A stretch of 64,000 nucleotides of DNA. Source: Eledone cirrhosa (lineage: Eukaryota). Location: assembly GCA_964016885.1 (NCBI GenBank), contig OZ024742.1, positions 81,158,001-81,222,000 of the forward strand. The letters run 5' to 3'. The notes under the pieces are model-generated. The model was not told the origin of the DNA, made no database searches, and saw only the letters and a list, made by a program, of their open reading frames with translations. A program made the translations under genes and the position numbers. This document shows positions 40,649 through 56,533 of this stretch, in pieces (within the stretch, counting starts at the first letter, position 1; every line of letters begins with the position of its first letter).

Positions 40649-42888
40649 GTTATTATTATTATTACTTTCAAAGAAAGGCTGTCATGAATGATACAAAATC
40701 AAACATATGTATTGTCTCTAAAAACAGCTCTAAGGAGAATTCAGAGAATAATATCGAGCCTTAATCATTATAAGAAAGTGATTGAAATATATTCATACAC
40801 ACTCGTGTTTGGCCATGTCTATATTTCTTAAAACACACATAATCACATAAGTATACATAGACATACATACATGCATACATACATTATGTGTCTCATGGAA
40901 TACGTCCCACGATTGGAAATACACCTATTGTGATTCTATATTCTCAGTTATGCGTTTTCACATTAAAGTCAAATTCTAAACGCTGAAACCAAGTAGTGAA
41001 AACATAATAAAAGTACTATCAGAGAATATAAATAAAAAATATAGTAAGAATATCAATGATATACAGAATGAAACTACTCCAGTGTAATTTTATCCTAAAT
41101 CACAAAATAATCATACTGTTTAGAAACCCTTTAAATATATCCATACTGTGCCGAAGTGATATTTTAGAACCACGAAACATCAAACATTCAATTAAAGTTC
41201 GGAACTGCGTTTTGAAGATTTCGAGTAGAGGTCCACATTCTGAAAATAATAAAATATATATAAACAATAGAATAGTATAGTTGTTTTTTTTTTGCTCTTC
41301 CTATCAACATCACCACCTTTCAGGTTTTGGGTAATATATTAACATTGAGGGAAGTGATCCTTGACTACATCCAACCGTCTTATTATAACTTATTTTTATA
41401 GCAACTCTCTGTAATTGCAGTTACTACTTGTGCCATAGTATCCTACTTATTAGAATCGTACTTTAAAAATTTCATGTAACAGAGATTCTTCTTAACACCC
41501 ATTATACGTAATGTCAACTAATGTAGTCTCTGGTTTTGAGTTGCAGGACGTACGGGAGATATTATACATATAGTTTAACGGCATATGTACATATACCACC
41601 ATGTCCTGAGCAGCTTTCTTTTATAGACTAATCTGTTTGACCAGTTTCTAAAAGGAAATACTGATGTTGATAAATGAAGAGATGAAGTTATGCTATTTGT
41701 GTGTGGTTATAGGTTAGTTAGGTTAGAAGTGGGTGGTGGTAACAGCTTCAATAGTTGGGTATTTAGATTATATACAATCGTTGTTATGTTTGATGATAAT
41801 GTCATTCCGGGACAGTTATTTAAGTGATCCCAAGCTACATGTTCCTGCAAACAATAAACTCAACATTGTTTTCACACATGATCTGAAGAACCTAGAATGT
41901 TTATTTCTTTTTCTTTTACACAGAAATTAATTCTAATAATTATAATACTTCGTCCTGTATAAATTATTGCTCAGCTACTCTACATACTTTCTTCGTGGGT
42001 TTCTTGATACCTTTGCTATTGGGTTGAAACATGTATATTTATAAGAAAGTAGATAAATGCCGTGAGGGAACAGATTTGTATACATTTTCATTTATCTCAA
42101 TATGTCTTAGCGGTGTCTCCATACATTATATTTTGGTCATGTATGTTAGGATTCATTTATCGATTTAAATTAGTTTATTTTTATTTTTCATTTAAACGTT
42201 GTCGTTTTTTTTCTACCAATTATTTCCCCCTCGCCTCCATTCTTCCCAGTCTTTTTTCATTCTCATACTTTTTGTTTTCTTTTAACTTCTGTCTGTCTAT
42301 GTATACAATAGTACATATGACTGCTCACTGGGCAGGGAATAACTTATAGAAATGATGAACACAATTTGCTCTCGTCAATGTTTTTAGCAATATCTAAACG
42401 TTAAGTGAGTTCCACTTTCTCCAACACATACTCTGATATTACATACATTAAGTAGATAATCTACATGACGCCAGCGAAATATGAACAAATGATATTAATT
42501 TATACTTTGGCATGATGATTTAGCCATCTGTGAAATGTTTTTAGTATTAAATATAGTCTTTTAATTTCCACTCTGCCAGCAACATATATTATAGTAGAAA
42601 GCCACTCGCGGATATTGTCTGTAGTATGTAAACATATATTCCAAAGCATAATTCGAATATAAATACAAAAGTTATTATACCTTCTTCGCCACAATGAATA
42701 TAGTTTTAAACTTTAGAAAAGTGATTACTTCAAATTCTGTAATATAGAATCATCTATGACGGATGGTATCACATAATTTCACTATGGATTTAAATAAGAT
42801 GTGTTAACAAGTTGTCAGTTCTTAACATAAATATTTATATGATCGTGTATATTATTAATGCAGAAACGTTTCAATTTTATTGAATATT

Positions 42889-43720
<832 letters not shown>

Positions 43721-43739
43721 ACTATATATATATACACAC

Positions 43740-43807
<68 letters not shown>

Positions 43808-43883
43808 CGAAGGAAATGTGGTAAGGTACCAGGTGGACCATAACGCACCAAAGTACTCAATACTTAGGGTAGTAGAGTGGGTA

Positions 43884-43967
43884 ATAGGAACGAGTAGGAC
43901 CCCGACGGCTGAGCTCAAGCCGTCGAAACGGCTTGAGCTCAGCTGTCGGGGTCCTACTCGTTCCTAT
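43884..43967. repeat. 40-bp-arm hairpin with 4-nt loop CGAA
   Basis: ataggaacgagtaggaccccgacggctgagctcaagccgt cgaa acggcttgagctcagctgtcggggtcctactcgttcctat; one mismatch. Confidence 0.95.
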
Positions 43968-46409
43968 ATATATATATATATATATATGGAGAGCGGGGTG
44001 ACAAATGAATTCTCTAACTAGGACTTAGTTATTATAAGGGACAACATCTAAAAATGATACGTCTTCACATCTTTGGTTTTTACAATACCGGTCTAGTTCA
44101 TATTTCATATAACAAGCGCACACGTTTTAAATACATACTTTTCAGAAATTGTTAAATATTGTTGTGTTGTCATGTTATTTCGTAACACTTATCTCATCAG
44201 TTGCACAATACACTGGGATACAAAACATATTGGTTGCATATTCAATTGTTCTCTATCATTCCGTTTCTTACACAAATTGATGAAACTATAAATATACTTA
44301 GTCGAATTCTTTAACAACAACATATACAAATGTTACTATCTTCTCATATTGTTGTCTCGATTGCTAGAATATGTTTTAGGTGATCTCCATTTTAACCCAT
44401 GCATTTCTCAGGCGCATGGTGAAGTTTAGCAGAACATCTTTACAAGCAAGTACAGCGACTTTTGTCCAGGTTATCGCCGGGCTTGAACTGAGTATGAAGT
44501 GGTGCTTCGCGGAACATTTCCTGACGAGGCATGTGAGAAAAAGCTTTAGATTGGGTAGGAAACAAATAGGGGGGGGGGGTATCCTTCAGATGTTCCACCC
44601 TGTACGGAATTCATTCCAACTAATGCCATTGCTCGATATTGTTCGATATATACACATATTGTACAATCTACCAGTTAATATATGTAGGTTAAGGTTCGAA
44701 TATATGCAAGAGGCTCACCAGAATTTTACTTGCACAGGAGCAACATTTTTAATAAGGACACATATAACGAACTATTTTAAAAAGATTTTTCGTTGTGATA
44801 AAACATTTTTATCAGACGTGAACTAGTGACAGATACCATTGATTTTAAATGTAAATTTCATTTCAGATAATTTTCACATTTTAATTCATGATTTCTGTAT
44901 TACATCTATAATATTTGAATATTAAATGATTATATATTTATTTTAGATTATATCATATTTCTATTAGTTTCCACATTTTAACTTATGACATATTTGGAGT
45001 AGTGCGTATTGTATAAAGGTTCTATGGTTGCTGTGTCACCTACCTTCCGGTAGCTAAATAGTTTATTAAATATTAAATATAATGTGTCTGTGTCAGCTGT
45101 TGGATGTTGTAGTCGAATTGCAATAATTATTTGTCTTCTTTTCATGTTTCGCTTATTAATTCATTTAACTTCCAATCTATAACGACATAACTATATCTAT
45201 TAACTGGGGCAACTATATTATTCGTGTATACTACATTTATTTTCTTATTTCGAACCGTTTCATGTAATAAACTGATCAGCCATTTGTATTGCTTGCTAGC
45301 AATTTATCTCAATTCTCAGAGTTTTATGAAGGTGTGTTACATAATTTAAAGATTAATACATTTCATCTTTCCTTACGTAACTCTTTGCTCTAATTTCATT
45401 GTCTCAAATTTTAGATTTACTCTACTTGTGTTTCAGAATTTCCTCTTTTCATATTTCCATTGGTATATTTCTCAAACACCATTTTCGTTTAAACATGCAT
45501 TCACTTTGAAACCATATAGAATCTGATGTTATCGCTATACATAAAGCAGGGATAGTCCGTCTAAAGGAGTTTATCTGAATCCAGCTTGATGTAGTATTTT
45601 ATTTAAGTTTGTTAACACTGGATAAAGGAATGAAGTATGTGAGTCCTTTGCCAGTATTGAATTATAATAAAACAAGGGTCCGTTTTTTTCTTTCGTTACA
45701 TCGTTATATTTCTATCACTTTAATAATTTGCCATTCATTCCTGACATGTTTGACGTACCTGTTTGTTGTTACGGTTACCAACATTATAGTTAACTTCTCC
45801 TAAGTCAGCGAGTGGTAAGCACTCTCATACTTCTTTAATTAGTCGAGGAATTTCATTCTGAAAGGCTTAATAACTTAAAAAACTTCGGTACTGTTGTTTT
45901 GGGTATTATAGCGTTACATACGTATTAGTCACTCTTGGATCATATTTAGTTTTCGAAATGTAGGTTAACTTTTTCCGGGCATACAGCGCTTCCAATATGA
46001 TTATAGTTAAACCTCTGAACACTATAGGGAAGCTTCTTTTATCTCTGTGGTTTTTAAGGGCTTAGTCTGTTTGAATCCGTTTGAAGATTAGGATGGTGAA
46101 ACCCATGGTACGCCGTGCATTAGATTTTAATTCTTTTTTCTACAGACCTTAGAATATATTTAATGATATTGTGATTCCCTTTTAAAATTGAAAATCAGAG
46201 ATTTGGAATGGTAGCTCTTCCGGGAGATTAGCCCCTGTACATTTATTCTAAAACTTTTAAATGTTATATGGTACTCCATTACCTTGAATACTGAATCTGT
46301 ATGTTAACGCTATTGTCCAGAGCCAGCGATTTGTAACTGTATAGAATTCAAATTATTTTTGCACTTTTGCTTTGGGTACTGTTGGATTTCTACTAGTATT
46401 TAGCGACAT

Positions 46410-46590
46410 TGGTTTGGTTTTGCTGTTATATGTTCGGACAATGCAATTCTCAGGATGTGGTTACTGCTCTTTCAGCTTTTATTTCAAATCCCGCCCAAAT
46501 AAACTTTGCCTTACATCTTTTGGGGTAGGATACAATAAAGTACTTGTCAAATACTGGGGTCGATTTAATCAATATTACACTTCCCCATAT
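46410..46590 (+). mobile_element. Degenerate tRNA-derived SINE
   Basis: ttcaaatcccgcc...actttgccttacatcttttggggt...actggggtcgatttaatc; same family as 37003-37201. Confidence 0.6.
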
Positions 46591-47124
46591 TCCTGATTTC
46601 GTGCTTAAATATTATCAAATCATTTTGCCATAAAAACCATTTTGATTGGAATTGGATTCTTTCATAAAGAATCGTCATTTTTCAAATTGCAGGGCGCTTT
46701 TGGACTTGCAGAGAACATATGTTACAACCTTCGTTTGTGTATTTGGTTTTGCAAGATACTTCATGTGAAATCATGTGTCAAAATATATTTTGTCATAGTT
46801 TGGGAAGGACACGCAGCCAATAACAACATCCCAGTTCAGTTTAGCTGTGTGTATCTATGCGTTGCTACGTTGCGGAGCGCCTCGCGTAGCATAAATATGA
46901 ATTTGGGTAGATGGAAGCAATTCCTCAGGGGGTGCACATGGATGAAACGTAATCTCTCCGTCATCCTCATAATCTCTGCATGTTTTGTCTCCAGGTAGTC
47001 ACATATGTATTTTGGGAGAATTTGAGAGCCGATAGTGCAGATATTCAGGTCAACCGAGCTCAGGAATAAGAATATCGATGCTGAGTATGGCATCTTGGAT
47101 TTTGGCTTCCTCGTAGTTCACATT

Positions 47125-47480
47125 AGCTTTATTGACTCGATCCATACAATGAGGATTGTGTTCGATTATATAAGCATGAAATTTGGTTTAAAAAATTACA
47201 AAACATTGGTAATAAAAAAGAGCAAATTATTTGAGATCGATGATATTGAAATGCCTAGTGGTGAACAAATTGAAGAAACGTGTTAAAAATAGTTGAAGCT
47301 GTTGCAGGAAGCAAGAGTCAGAACTGGCGAAATAAAGGGAAAGTTTGAAAAGGAGTTCATCAAAAGAAGTAGAAACTGTTCCCATTCAAAACTATATGCA
47401 GGACTTTTAACATCTGGAAAAAAACAATGGGCGTTTAGAGTAGTGTTTTTTATATGTGCTGTAATAGTTGAGTCGACCAT
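47125..47480 (+). mobile_element. R4/Dong-like non-LTR RT fragment
   Basis: IHTMRIVFDYISMKFGLKNYKTLVIKKSKL..IEMPSGE; IKGKFEKEFIKRSR..SKLYAG..WAFRV. Confidence 0.7.
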
Positions 47481-50400
47481 ATATATTGCGAGATTATCTT
47501 TGTATATTTACATGTTTTGCAATGCGCTACGTGCAGGTGTATGTGATGTATAATTTGTTGACACATGTAATGAGCACCGTATTTCTGAATACTTCTTAGA
47601 GTTCTTGCTCCGGCTAATATTTACTTGACAATTTCTTCGCTGGAAAGATGAAATAACATCGAATCACGTTGTTTTCACCAATTTGGAATATATAAATTGT
47701 CGAGTCGCAATACATTGTCCTAAAGAATGAAAAAAAAAAACATCTTACATTATAAGATATCTCTCCTTTATTTAATAACTCATATTAGAAGAAATGGCTT
47801 CGCAATTAATGTTGGTGATGGTGACAGTTTATGTACAGCAACAGAACATTATTCTTGAAATAGTTCCGATGAGATATGCGTGAATAACCGAATGCCTCTT
47901 TCACGACAGTGTCTTCAAAGTCACATTTACCACAGCGAATTTAACCCTTCTAACAGTGTGACTTTCAAAATTATAAGACATTAAACGTTATTCTCATGAA
48001 AATATTCAATAAGAAATCTGCACAAGAAATACTTCGTATTATTTGTTACTATTACTGCCATTTTCCCTTGACACATCGGTTGTTATACGAGTTAACATAT
48101 GCTGATTAGGAGTTTCTCATAGCTCGTATAATTATATGATCTCAATAAGCAAATGAAAAAGACCCCTAGCGTACTTATGTGTAAACTTAGAAATACTGTA
48201 AATACTACTATTCTGCTTGCAGAAAAACAAAACAAAATAAAAACAGCCTTTTATTCACCATAACGTAAGAAATATTGCATCCAAACTAGTAAGTATGTAT
48301 ATTTGTTCACTGAAAATATTTTCAAAACATATGTTTTTCACTGACTTAGTTTAAAGTTAACATTTAGGATATACAAATTGCATTTTATTCCTAGCTTCTT
48401 AAGTATTCAGGGATTTGTCTAATGTTTTACGTCATCTTCAGCTTCCTTTAAGTTATACAACTCAGCATAATATGGTATCGATATGTATGGTTTTGATTCA
48501 AATATGTTATATTTAATTGATATGTAATTAATAATGACTTCAACTTATTTCTGCTTGTAAATGAGACTTCATATGACAACATGTTTATATGTTACCACAC
48601 GCTGGGAGCAAACTATAGCTAGCGTTGTTAGATAATATTTAATGTGCATTATATATAGAAATTCATATATCAATTTATATTCTAGATACAGACTGTAGTT
48701 AATAGATATGGCTTACAACCTAGCAGGAAGCAAAATCAGTTGGTAATGAATGCTAAGATATTATTAGAATTCATAACAATTCAATATTTGCCTCGTATTT
48801 ATGATTTGATTAAATTCCTCTTCCATCAACATCTTTAAAAAGAGAAAATTATAAAGCTTCCATTGCGAAATTAGTTTTGTTATGAACATTCAATCATGTT
48901 GTATTGTTTAGTGAGACGTATGTTAAAATAATTTTACAAATTAAATCTGAAATATGATTATTTATACTTGTGTCGATTTAAATTGACTGTATTTCACGTA
49001 CTTTATTGCAACTGGTGGCATGGTGGTGTATGGAATTCATATAATAATCTAAAATCAGGAACGACGAAAGTTGACTTAGTAAATGAACTAAACTAGTTAA
49101 ATTTTACGGTATGGTTTCAGATGTGATTAAATTCAGTTTTTCTTTAACTTATATGTGTACGCATACGTACGTATATAGAGCTGACCGAACTCATGTGAGT
49201 AACAGGACTAATAAGTATACACACAATTGTATGTCTATTCACACACCTAACAGGTCCATGCCTCACTCGACACTTCTCAGCTCTAATGCACAAGAACACT
49301 CTCAGATATAGAGAACAATAATCAGATAGTGACATTTGAATGCGCCATGATTTGGTGCCGCACATCAGGGTCTTCAAACAATGACAAATTTTCACTAACA
49401 AGTGAATCCACTAAGCACCCATTCTCAATCCTCGATACTCACATTACCTCACGTAAATATTTGATCCATATTTCTTCTTTCTTCCATATGTCCCTTCTGA
49501 AAATAACAAATCAAGGCCTTCATCCATGGAGATTGGCTTTGGCATTTTCAATGAGTTCCAATGGTACTTCTATAACACTTGGTGCCACAAGGTCTCACAA
49601 ACAAGTAAAAGCGCTGTATGTGGGTGTAAAAGACAAGGTGAAACAATAACTCAGTAATTAAACCAGACTAGGTACACATGAAGTTTTATCTGACTATTAG
49701 TTATTGTGCATTTTATATATAAGAGATAATCTTGTGGGCTTACAAAAAAAGTAGTTAAAAAAGAAACAAAGTAACAAAGAAAAGTAAATAAAAAAGGCAA
49801 GAACGTCACTTTGCAAATTTCATTGAACTGAGTATGAATAGGATCGGCGAAATGTGTCTACTTAAATATATAAGCATATAAAGGGAAGAGGAGAGTCAGC
49901 ATGTATGTCATATTGCATGATATATTCTGAAATTTGCGGCAAGAATAGATAGCTGTAAATTGGTGTCTAACTGACATAATTGCCCGCAGAGAAGAATCCG
50001 TTAAATCATCTGGGCCGCATTGATAGTGATAAAAAGTGGCGTGGTTGTTATATGGCAATCTAAACTGTAAAGATGTAATTTTAATTGCGCAGTAGTAGAT
50101 ACACCATACCTCACAGGCAATCGAAGGTGATGGCTGCTGAAACAACTATATCTTTTTCACTCCATGTTGACAGACATATTTTTCCGCAACACTATCCACA
50201 ACATACAGTTACATCTATTGATTTTTCAAATATACTATATAAGTATGAATATGTGAAATTGGCATATGAAAAAGGAACGTGAATAATCGATATAGAGTGC
50301 TAAGTAATATCATCCATATGTAAGTGAAATAATCAAATGGCAAGATTACATTGTACTTCGCGGATGCAAATAATCCAGCGAGACATATTAACATCATAAC

Positions 50401-50687
50401 TGTAGGTTGTGATTAGAACTCAGAAAGAATAGGCGACAGAAACTTTCACAGATTGACTAGGAAGGAGTGCGGCTAGTGCTGTGAAATCTTGTATGCATTA
50501 GTTTCAAATATTATTAATAACTGTATAGCAGGTCTGGACATTCCATGAGAGTATTATGTCCATAGTTTCAACTTTTCAGTCAACGAATGTTCAGCCGACC
50601 CTCGTAAAGAAACTATGCTCTAAAATGTTGTCTCTATTTTACATTATTACAAATAAATAATTGTTTCTACTTTACATATTATTTACG

Positions 50688-50965
50688 TGGAGGCACGTAG
50701 TTTAGTAATACGTGTGTTGGATATAAGATCATAATATCGTGGGTAAGATTCGTGGGTTGCGTGTTCTGTTATTGAGCATGTCATTTCATTTCAAGTTGCT
50801 CTAGTATACTCAGCTGAAAATGAGTACCAACAATAGCTAGGGGTTTTATCCTGCAATGGACTGGCGTCCTGTCCAGTGGACTGGATTGTACTCTCAGTCG
50901 CTTCACGCCATGAAATCGGGATAAGCACCAGCCAACCGAGCCTTATAATTTAAGACAGACTTTAG
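50688..50965 (+). mobile_element. tRNA-derived SINE with a conserved (V/Meta-like) central domain
   Basis: Head ggaggcacgtagtttagt; body cctgcaatggactggcgtcctgtccag...ctcagtcgcttcacgcc. Confidence 0.65.
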
Positions 50966-51199
50966 ACACATCATTTAAAATATCCACTTAATTTGAATGA
51001 ATCGCAATTCACCTCAATTTAAACAATATTGCAGCGAAACTTTGCACAACAATTATATAGACGTTATATAACTAATGGACACTCAATGTCTTTAAACAGT
51101 GTGTTCCGACATGCTTGGATTATGTTTTTGCTAAGCAAACAATATATTGTACATATACGCGTCTAAGTAATTTAACTGATATATATATATGTATATAAG

Positions 51200-51231
<32 letters not shown>

Positions 51232-51284
51232 CTTATATAGGTGGGTGTCTGTATGTGTGTGGTTTGTTGCGTGTGTGTGTTTGA

Positions 51285-51329
<45 letters not shown>

Positions 51330-52068
51330 CCACATCATAAATCCGAATTAAGAAGCAACCTGTCTATTTAATAGTGTGCTGATTATCTACATGTTCCGTA
51401 TATTAACCTTCGACTAAATATAGCTTTTGAGACACAAATACATTAAGTTTTAACGAACCATTTTTAATGAACACAATGCTTCAACCCATTATACAAACTG
51501 AATAACTACGACTCTCACTGGTACAATCAGCCGTTAGGAATATATAAAGACATATAAACGTACGTTTTATATTAGAAATTAAAATTACATCATTGAATCG
51601 TTAGAAAATAATAGCAACTTTGAGTATTTAATTATGTCATAAATTTAATTAGAACATCGGAATGTTCAATAGGCGTCTCTTTTAAAATGTAATGATGCCA
51701 CAGTTTTTTTCTTAATTTATAAAATGAATATTTGTTTTTTTAGATCTATGTTATTAATAATAAAGACGAAACGGAAAATATAATTCAAATAATGTTCATT
51801 GTAATATAACATAATTGTTAAGGAAAGCGTAGTGAAAATATTGTAAAATCTGCTAATGTATATACATACTTATAAATATAGATATAGATATAAAGATTTT
51901 TATTGTGTACTATATGTTAAAAATAGGTTTTTATCTGGTGAGTGTAAGATTCTGAATTTAAAATAAATATAAAAAATTGCATTTGATATATTACAGACTT
52001 ACACCTACCCACCTCGCGGGACATAGACACACACACGGATACACAGGTAAACAGACAGACACACGCAT

Positions 52069-52164
<96 letters not shown>

Positions 52165-52194
52165 AAGGTTTGACGCGATGAGTGTATATGAATA

Positions 52195-52586
52195 TTCGTA
52201 AAATTTGAGCATTCTCAGTTCGAAAGCTACACCTAAACAGCTGGATACTATTTGCATAGTAAACGTTTTTGGGAGGATTAACATATAACCATAAATCGAA
52301 CGGAGAGAGAGGGAGCTATCTATTATTGTTTCTCCCGTTTTCGCCTCCATTTGTTTTTGTTTTTACCATGGTTACTTCCGCTTATTGCTGCTGTTATTCC
52401 CGTTCGCATAGCAAACAGACTCTATCATTTCATCTTATACCATTGGCTCCCTTCATTGTTGCCACTGCTTTTACCCCCATTTCTGCCTGCTGCGTGTGCT
52501 CCTTTCGAAAAGGAACAACCATTCTTTCGCCGATCGCGGTGTGAGGCGGTCATCCTTTCACACTGAGAACACTTATATTTTACGAA
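52195..52586. mobile_element. MITE-like element with imperfect ~25-45-bp TIRs
   Basis: ttcgtaaaatttgagcattctcagt / actgagaacacttatattttacgaa. Confidence 0.6.
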
Positions 52587-53169
52587 TTTACACATAAAAC
52601 CGTACGTACAAAAAATATATTTACATAAAAAAAAACGCAAAATATACGCACATAAACAGGTAAATATATTATCAGTCAAAAGTAATCATACATATCTATG
52701 AATATGTTAAGTATATTTGCAGAGAAAAATGAGTTTTACGATGTTATATTTAGAATCATCAAGAAAAGTAGTATGATTAGATGTAAATCATATATAAGTA
52801 TTATAAGTATAATTCAATGTATTTGAACTTGTATATGTGTGTCAAATATACCCTTAGAATGAAGTAGTGTTCAATGTGTCACATAGAGTCATCACATATA
52901 TATATATACTTGCATACTTAGACGTACGCATAGTGACATATACACAGACATTCGGATAATGTGTACATACCTATACAAATAAATAATGGTATAAGCATCA
53001 AATATACTTAGGCACCACATCATGACGTCTATCATCTGCATAGTGTCTGTATTATACGTTAGGATATAATGTAGCGCTTCTAAACAGGAAACTTTTATGC
53101 AATTTGTATTTACAAGCTGAAATTGTCTCGGATTTTTTGTTTAAGATGTGTTTAAGATTTCTTATAGGG

Positions 53170-53880
53170 TATGTTTAAGGCTTCGGCGGCGTAAAGATCA
53201 CATGATCTTTTTTTTCCATTATACGATCTAGCTTAGACTAGGATCTCCCAGTGTAACCTATATCGGGCGTGATTGTCTTTCCGACACCAGATATAGACCG
53301 AAGATAACATCATGATCCATTTTAAAGGGTCATGAGAAGAATGGGTCTGCAGGTATTGACGTTGCTTGAATCTATTGGCAATTAACCCTATGTAGGCCCT
53401 ACTAGAGGCGGGTGTGTCGAAGCATTCATTTGTAGACTGTATTACTGTAAAGGCATTTCCCGGATCGTGGGCAGTCTTGCCGATCCCTACACCTACAGCT
53501 AGTACTAGCTACAGGATTGTTTGTTTTACTACCGCTAGGTAATTTGACTAACTCAAATGCAGTGGTGTTATCTTTGAAGCCTGGCGTTGATGAGTGAGAT
53601 ATTTTAATAGTGTTTCTATTCCATATTTTAACATATGTGTGTACTAAGTGGAAATACATCTTTATTAAATAGAGAAAACATTTTGCTATTGGTGAGGCCC
53701 CTTACATATATGGCGGATTATACCATATAAGGCGTCGGGATCTATTTTTCCTAGGTTTATTTCGTACTTAGTATATTCTACCTTATCAACAAATCCACTA
53801 CGAGCTAAAGCTTCAGTGATATGAGGAATAATCGTTGAAGTTATGAAACGTTTTTTTGCCAGGGTCATGCTTATGCTGGC
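53170..53880 (-). mobile_element. Old Penelope-like linker + GIY-YIG fragment
   Basis: EALARSGF, NTIKISHSSTP, SCRCRDRQDCPRSGKCLYSNTVYK, AYIGLIANRFKQR. Confidence 0.8.
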
Positions 53881-54316
53881 TTGTCAGAATGCTTACTAAT
53901 GTAATTTAGTGTATCAGTAAGATCTGCATATTAGCAGCCATGTAGAGCGAATTTTTTTTAATGTGGCAAAAACGGCCATTGATCGCTCGTATACAGGCCA
54001 GTCTGCTGATATACAAATCTAGCTGATCAGTGGTTCTTCTAATATGCAGATTTGAACTAATCAACCAGACAGCTAATATGCAAATAAGGCCGATCCGTCT
54101 CTGTATAATTTAGAAAATATCAAACATTTTCGGTAGCTCTGACAGTTGGAAGGTGAACAGTGAACTGTATTGAGATAAAGAGTAATACGCAGAAACATTA
54201 GTCTCTGCACTTCTGTTTACATATCAACGCAAGAGCGAGAATGGTAAATTCATTCTACTGACATTGCAAACGAATCGAATACTATTATTAATATTAAAAA
54301 AACTGAGATTATATAT

Positions 54317-54396
<80 letters not shown>

Positions 54397-54529
54397 AGTG
54401 TAATTTTCTACACAAAACGAAGGTTATAGAGAAAATTGAGGTTGGTAATGGCACATGGAATATATAAGAGACAGAATACTTTTTTGTGAAAAAACATATA
54501 ATTTTATAAGGTAAGTAAATAATAAAGGG

Positions 54530-54602
54530 CATTTTTCTTGTGTTAGCGTCCCGGATTTGTTGGCGGTGGATGGTCATTCTTTTGCGTAATGAGGTGCCCG
54601 TG
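54530..54602 (-). pseudogene. Tiny GIY-YIG fragment
   Basis: TGTSLRKRMTIHRQQIRD resembles the T-LRxR-xxH helix after YIG in Penelope-like endonucleases. Confidence 0.55.
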
Positions 54603-54840
54603 TGTTTGTATGTGTGTATGTATATATATGTGTGTGTGTGTATGTATGTGTGGGTGTGTGTATATATATATATATATATATGTGCGTATATATATATATA
54701 TGTGTGTGTGTGCGTGTATGTATGTGTGTAACTGGATGTATGTGTATGTATATATATGTATATATGTGTGTGTATGTGTATATATGTGGGTGTGTGTGTA
54801 TGGGTGTATGTATATGTATGTGTATGTATGTGTGTATATG

Positions 54841-54875
<35 letters not shown>

Positions 54876-55244
54876 GTATATGTGTATGTATATGTATATG
54901 TATGTATGTGTGGATGAAGGTATGTGTGTATATATAGGTGTAAGTGCACTAAATCCCTTTCTATCACGCTCCCCTCTCCTACCGACCACAGGAAGATATA
55001 TGTATGTATATTGCTTCCACCCCCTCACTGACCAGCAGCTGGCCAGCTAGCCATTGCTAAATCTGACCTTTATAAAATAACCCACACCCCCAAATAACTT
55101 CTCATTCACTACCAGAAAGGCACACAGCAGTCAACTTGTTGCTTCCAAGATGAAAACTATGAAATCCCACAATGAATTTTATACTTGAATTTTCAAATCT
55201 CAAATTTTAACTCTTCGTATTATTAATTTTTCTTAATATTAATC

Positions 55245-55292
55245 AACATTTGAAAAGATGGCTTTTGCAGACCCATCGAAACCGGTCATTTT
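55245..55292 (+). ncRNA. Hammerhead motif with U3-A8 core (family E)
   Basis: aacat TTGAAAA gatgg cttttgcagac ccatc GAAA ccgg TC atttt. Confidence 0.65.
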
Positions 55293-55391
55293 TTGTACCC
55301 TTTATTATTTCCTTACCTTATAAAATTATATGTTTTTTCACAAAAAAGTATTCTGTCTCTTATATATTCCATGTGCCATTACCAACCTCAA

Positions 55392-55532
<141 letters not shown>

Positions 55533-55905
55533 AGATAAATCTACCAAGAGTTTACGGTAGTGTCCAATCCGTATGAAGAACTCAATGTAATCCGGATATC
55601 ATGGAAAGAAGAGATGCAATGAAAAATCACTTTCGGTGAAAGATAAACGGAATACAGAGTCAAGATAAAATATTAAAAAAATAATGAATAAAACAATGAA
55701 ACAGTTCCTTATATTAAACAAAACAAGTTCATTATTTAACGATCGTTTCTAGGATATATATGTGTTAGAATTGGCATGCATATTCAACAGATCTATGTAC
55801 AAAATTATACAAAATTATACAAACTATCAAAAATTATATATATATATATATATTTATTAGTATATGTATATATATATATATGTATATATATATATTTATT
55901 TATTA

Positions 55906-55976
<71 letters not shown>

Positions 55977-55983
55977 CTTTAAA

Positions 55984-56026
<43 letters not shown>

Positions 56027-56247
56027 GTTATACTAATATATATAGTAATAATACTAAATATGAAGACTAAATTCCAAAGAGGGATCGTTACGGATAAATA
56101 TATATCAAATATATTCGTTCTATTAATGATTCTAATGCCGTGCACCCTTTATTATTTCCTTACCTTATAAAATTATATGTTTTTTCACAAAAAAGTATTC
56201 TGTCTCTTATATATTCCATGTGCCATTACCAACCTCAATTTTCTCTC

Positions 56248-56495
<248 letters not shown>

Positions 56496-56533
56496 AGAGT
56501 ATTGAAGTTTGCTTGAAGCATTGTGGAATAATA

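Noticed and set aside
44518-44545. CTGACGA...GAAA motif
   Set aside because: No stem II or stem I complementarity; chance match.
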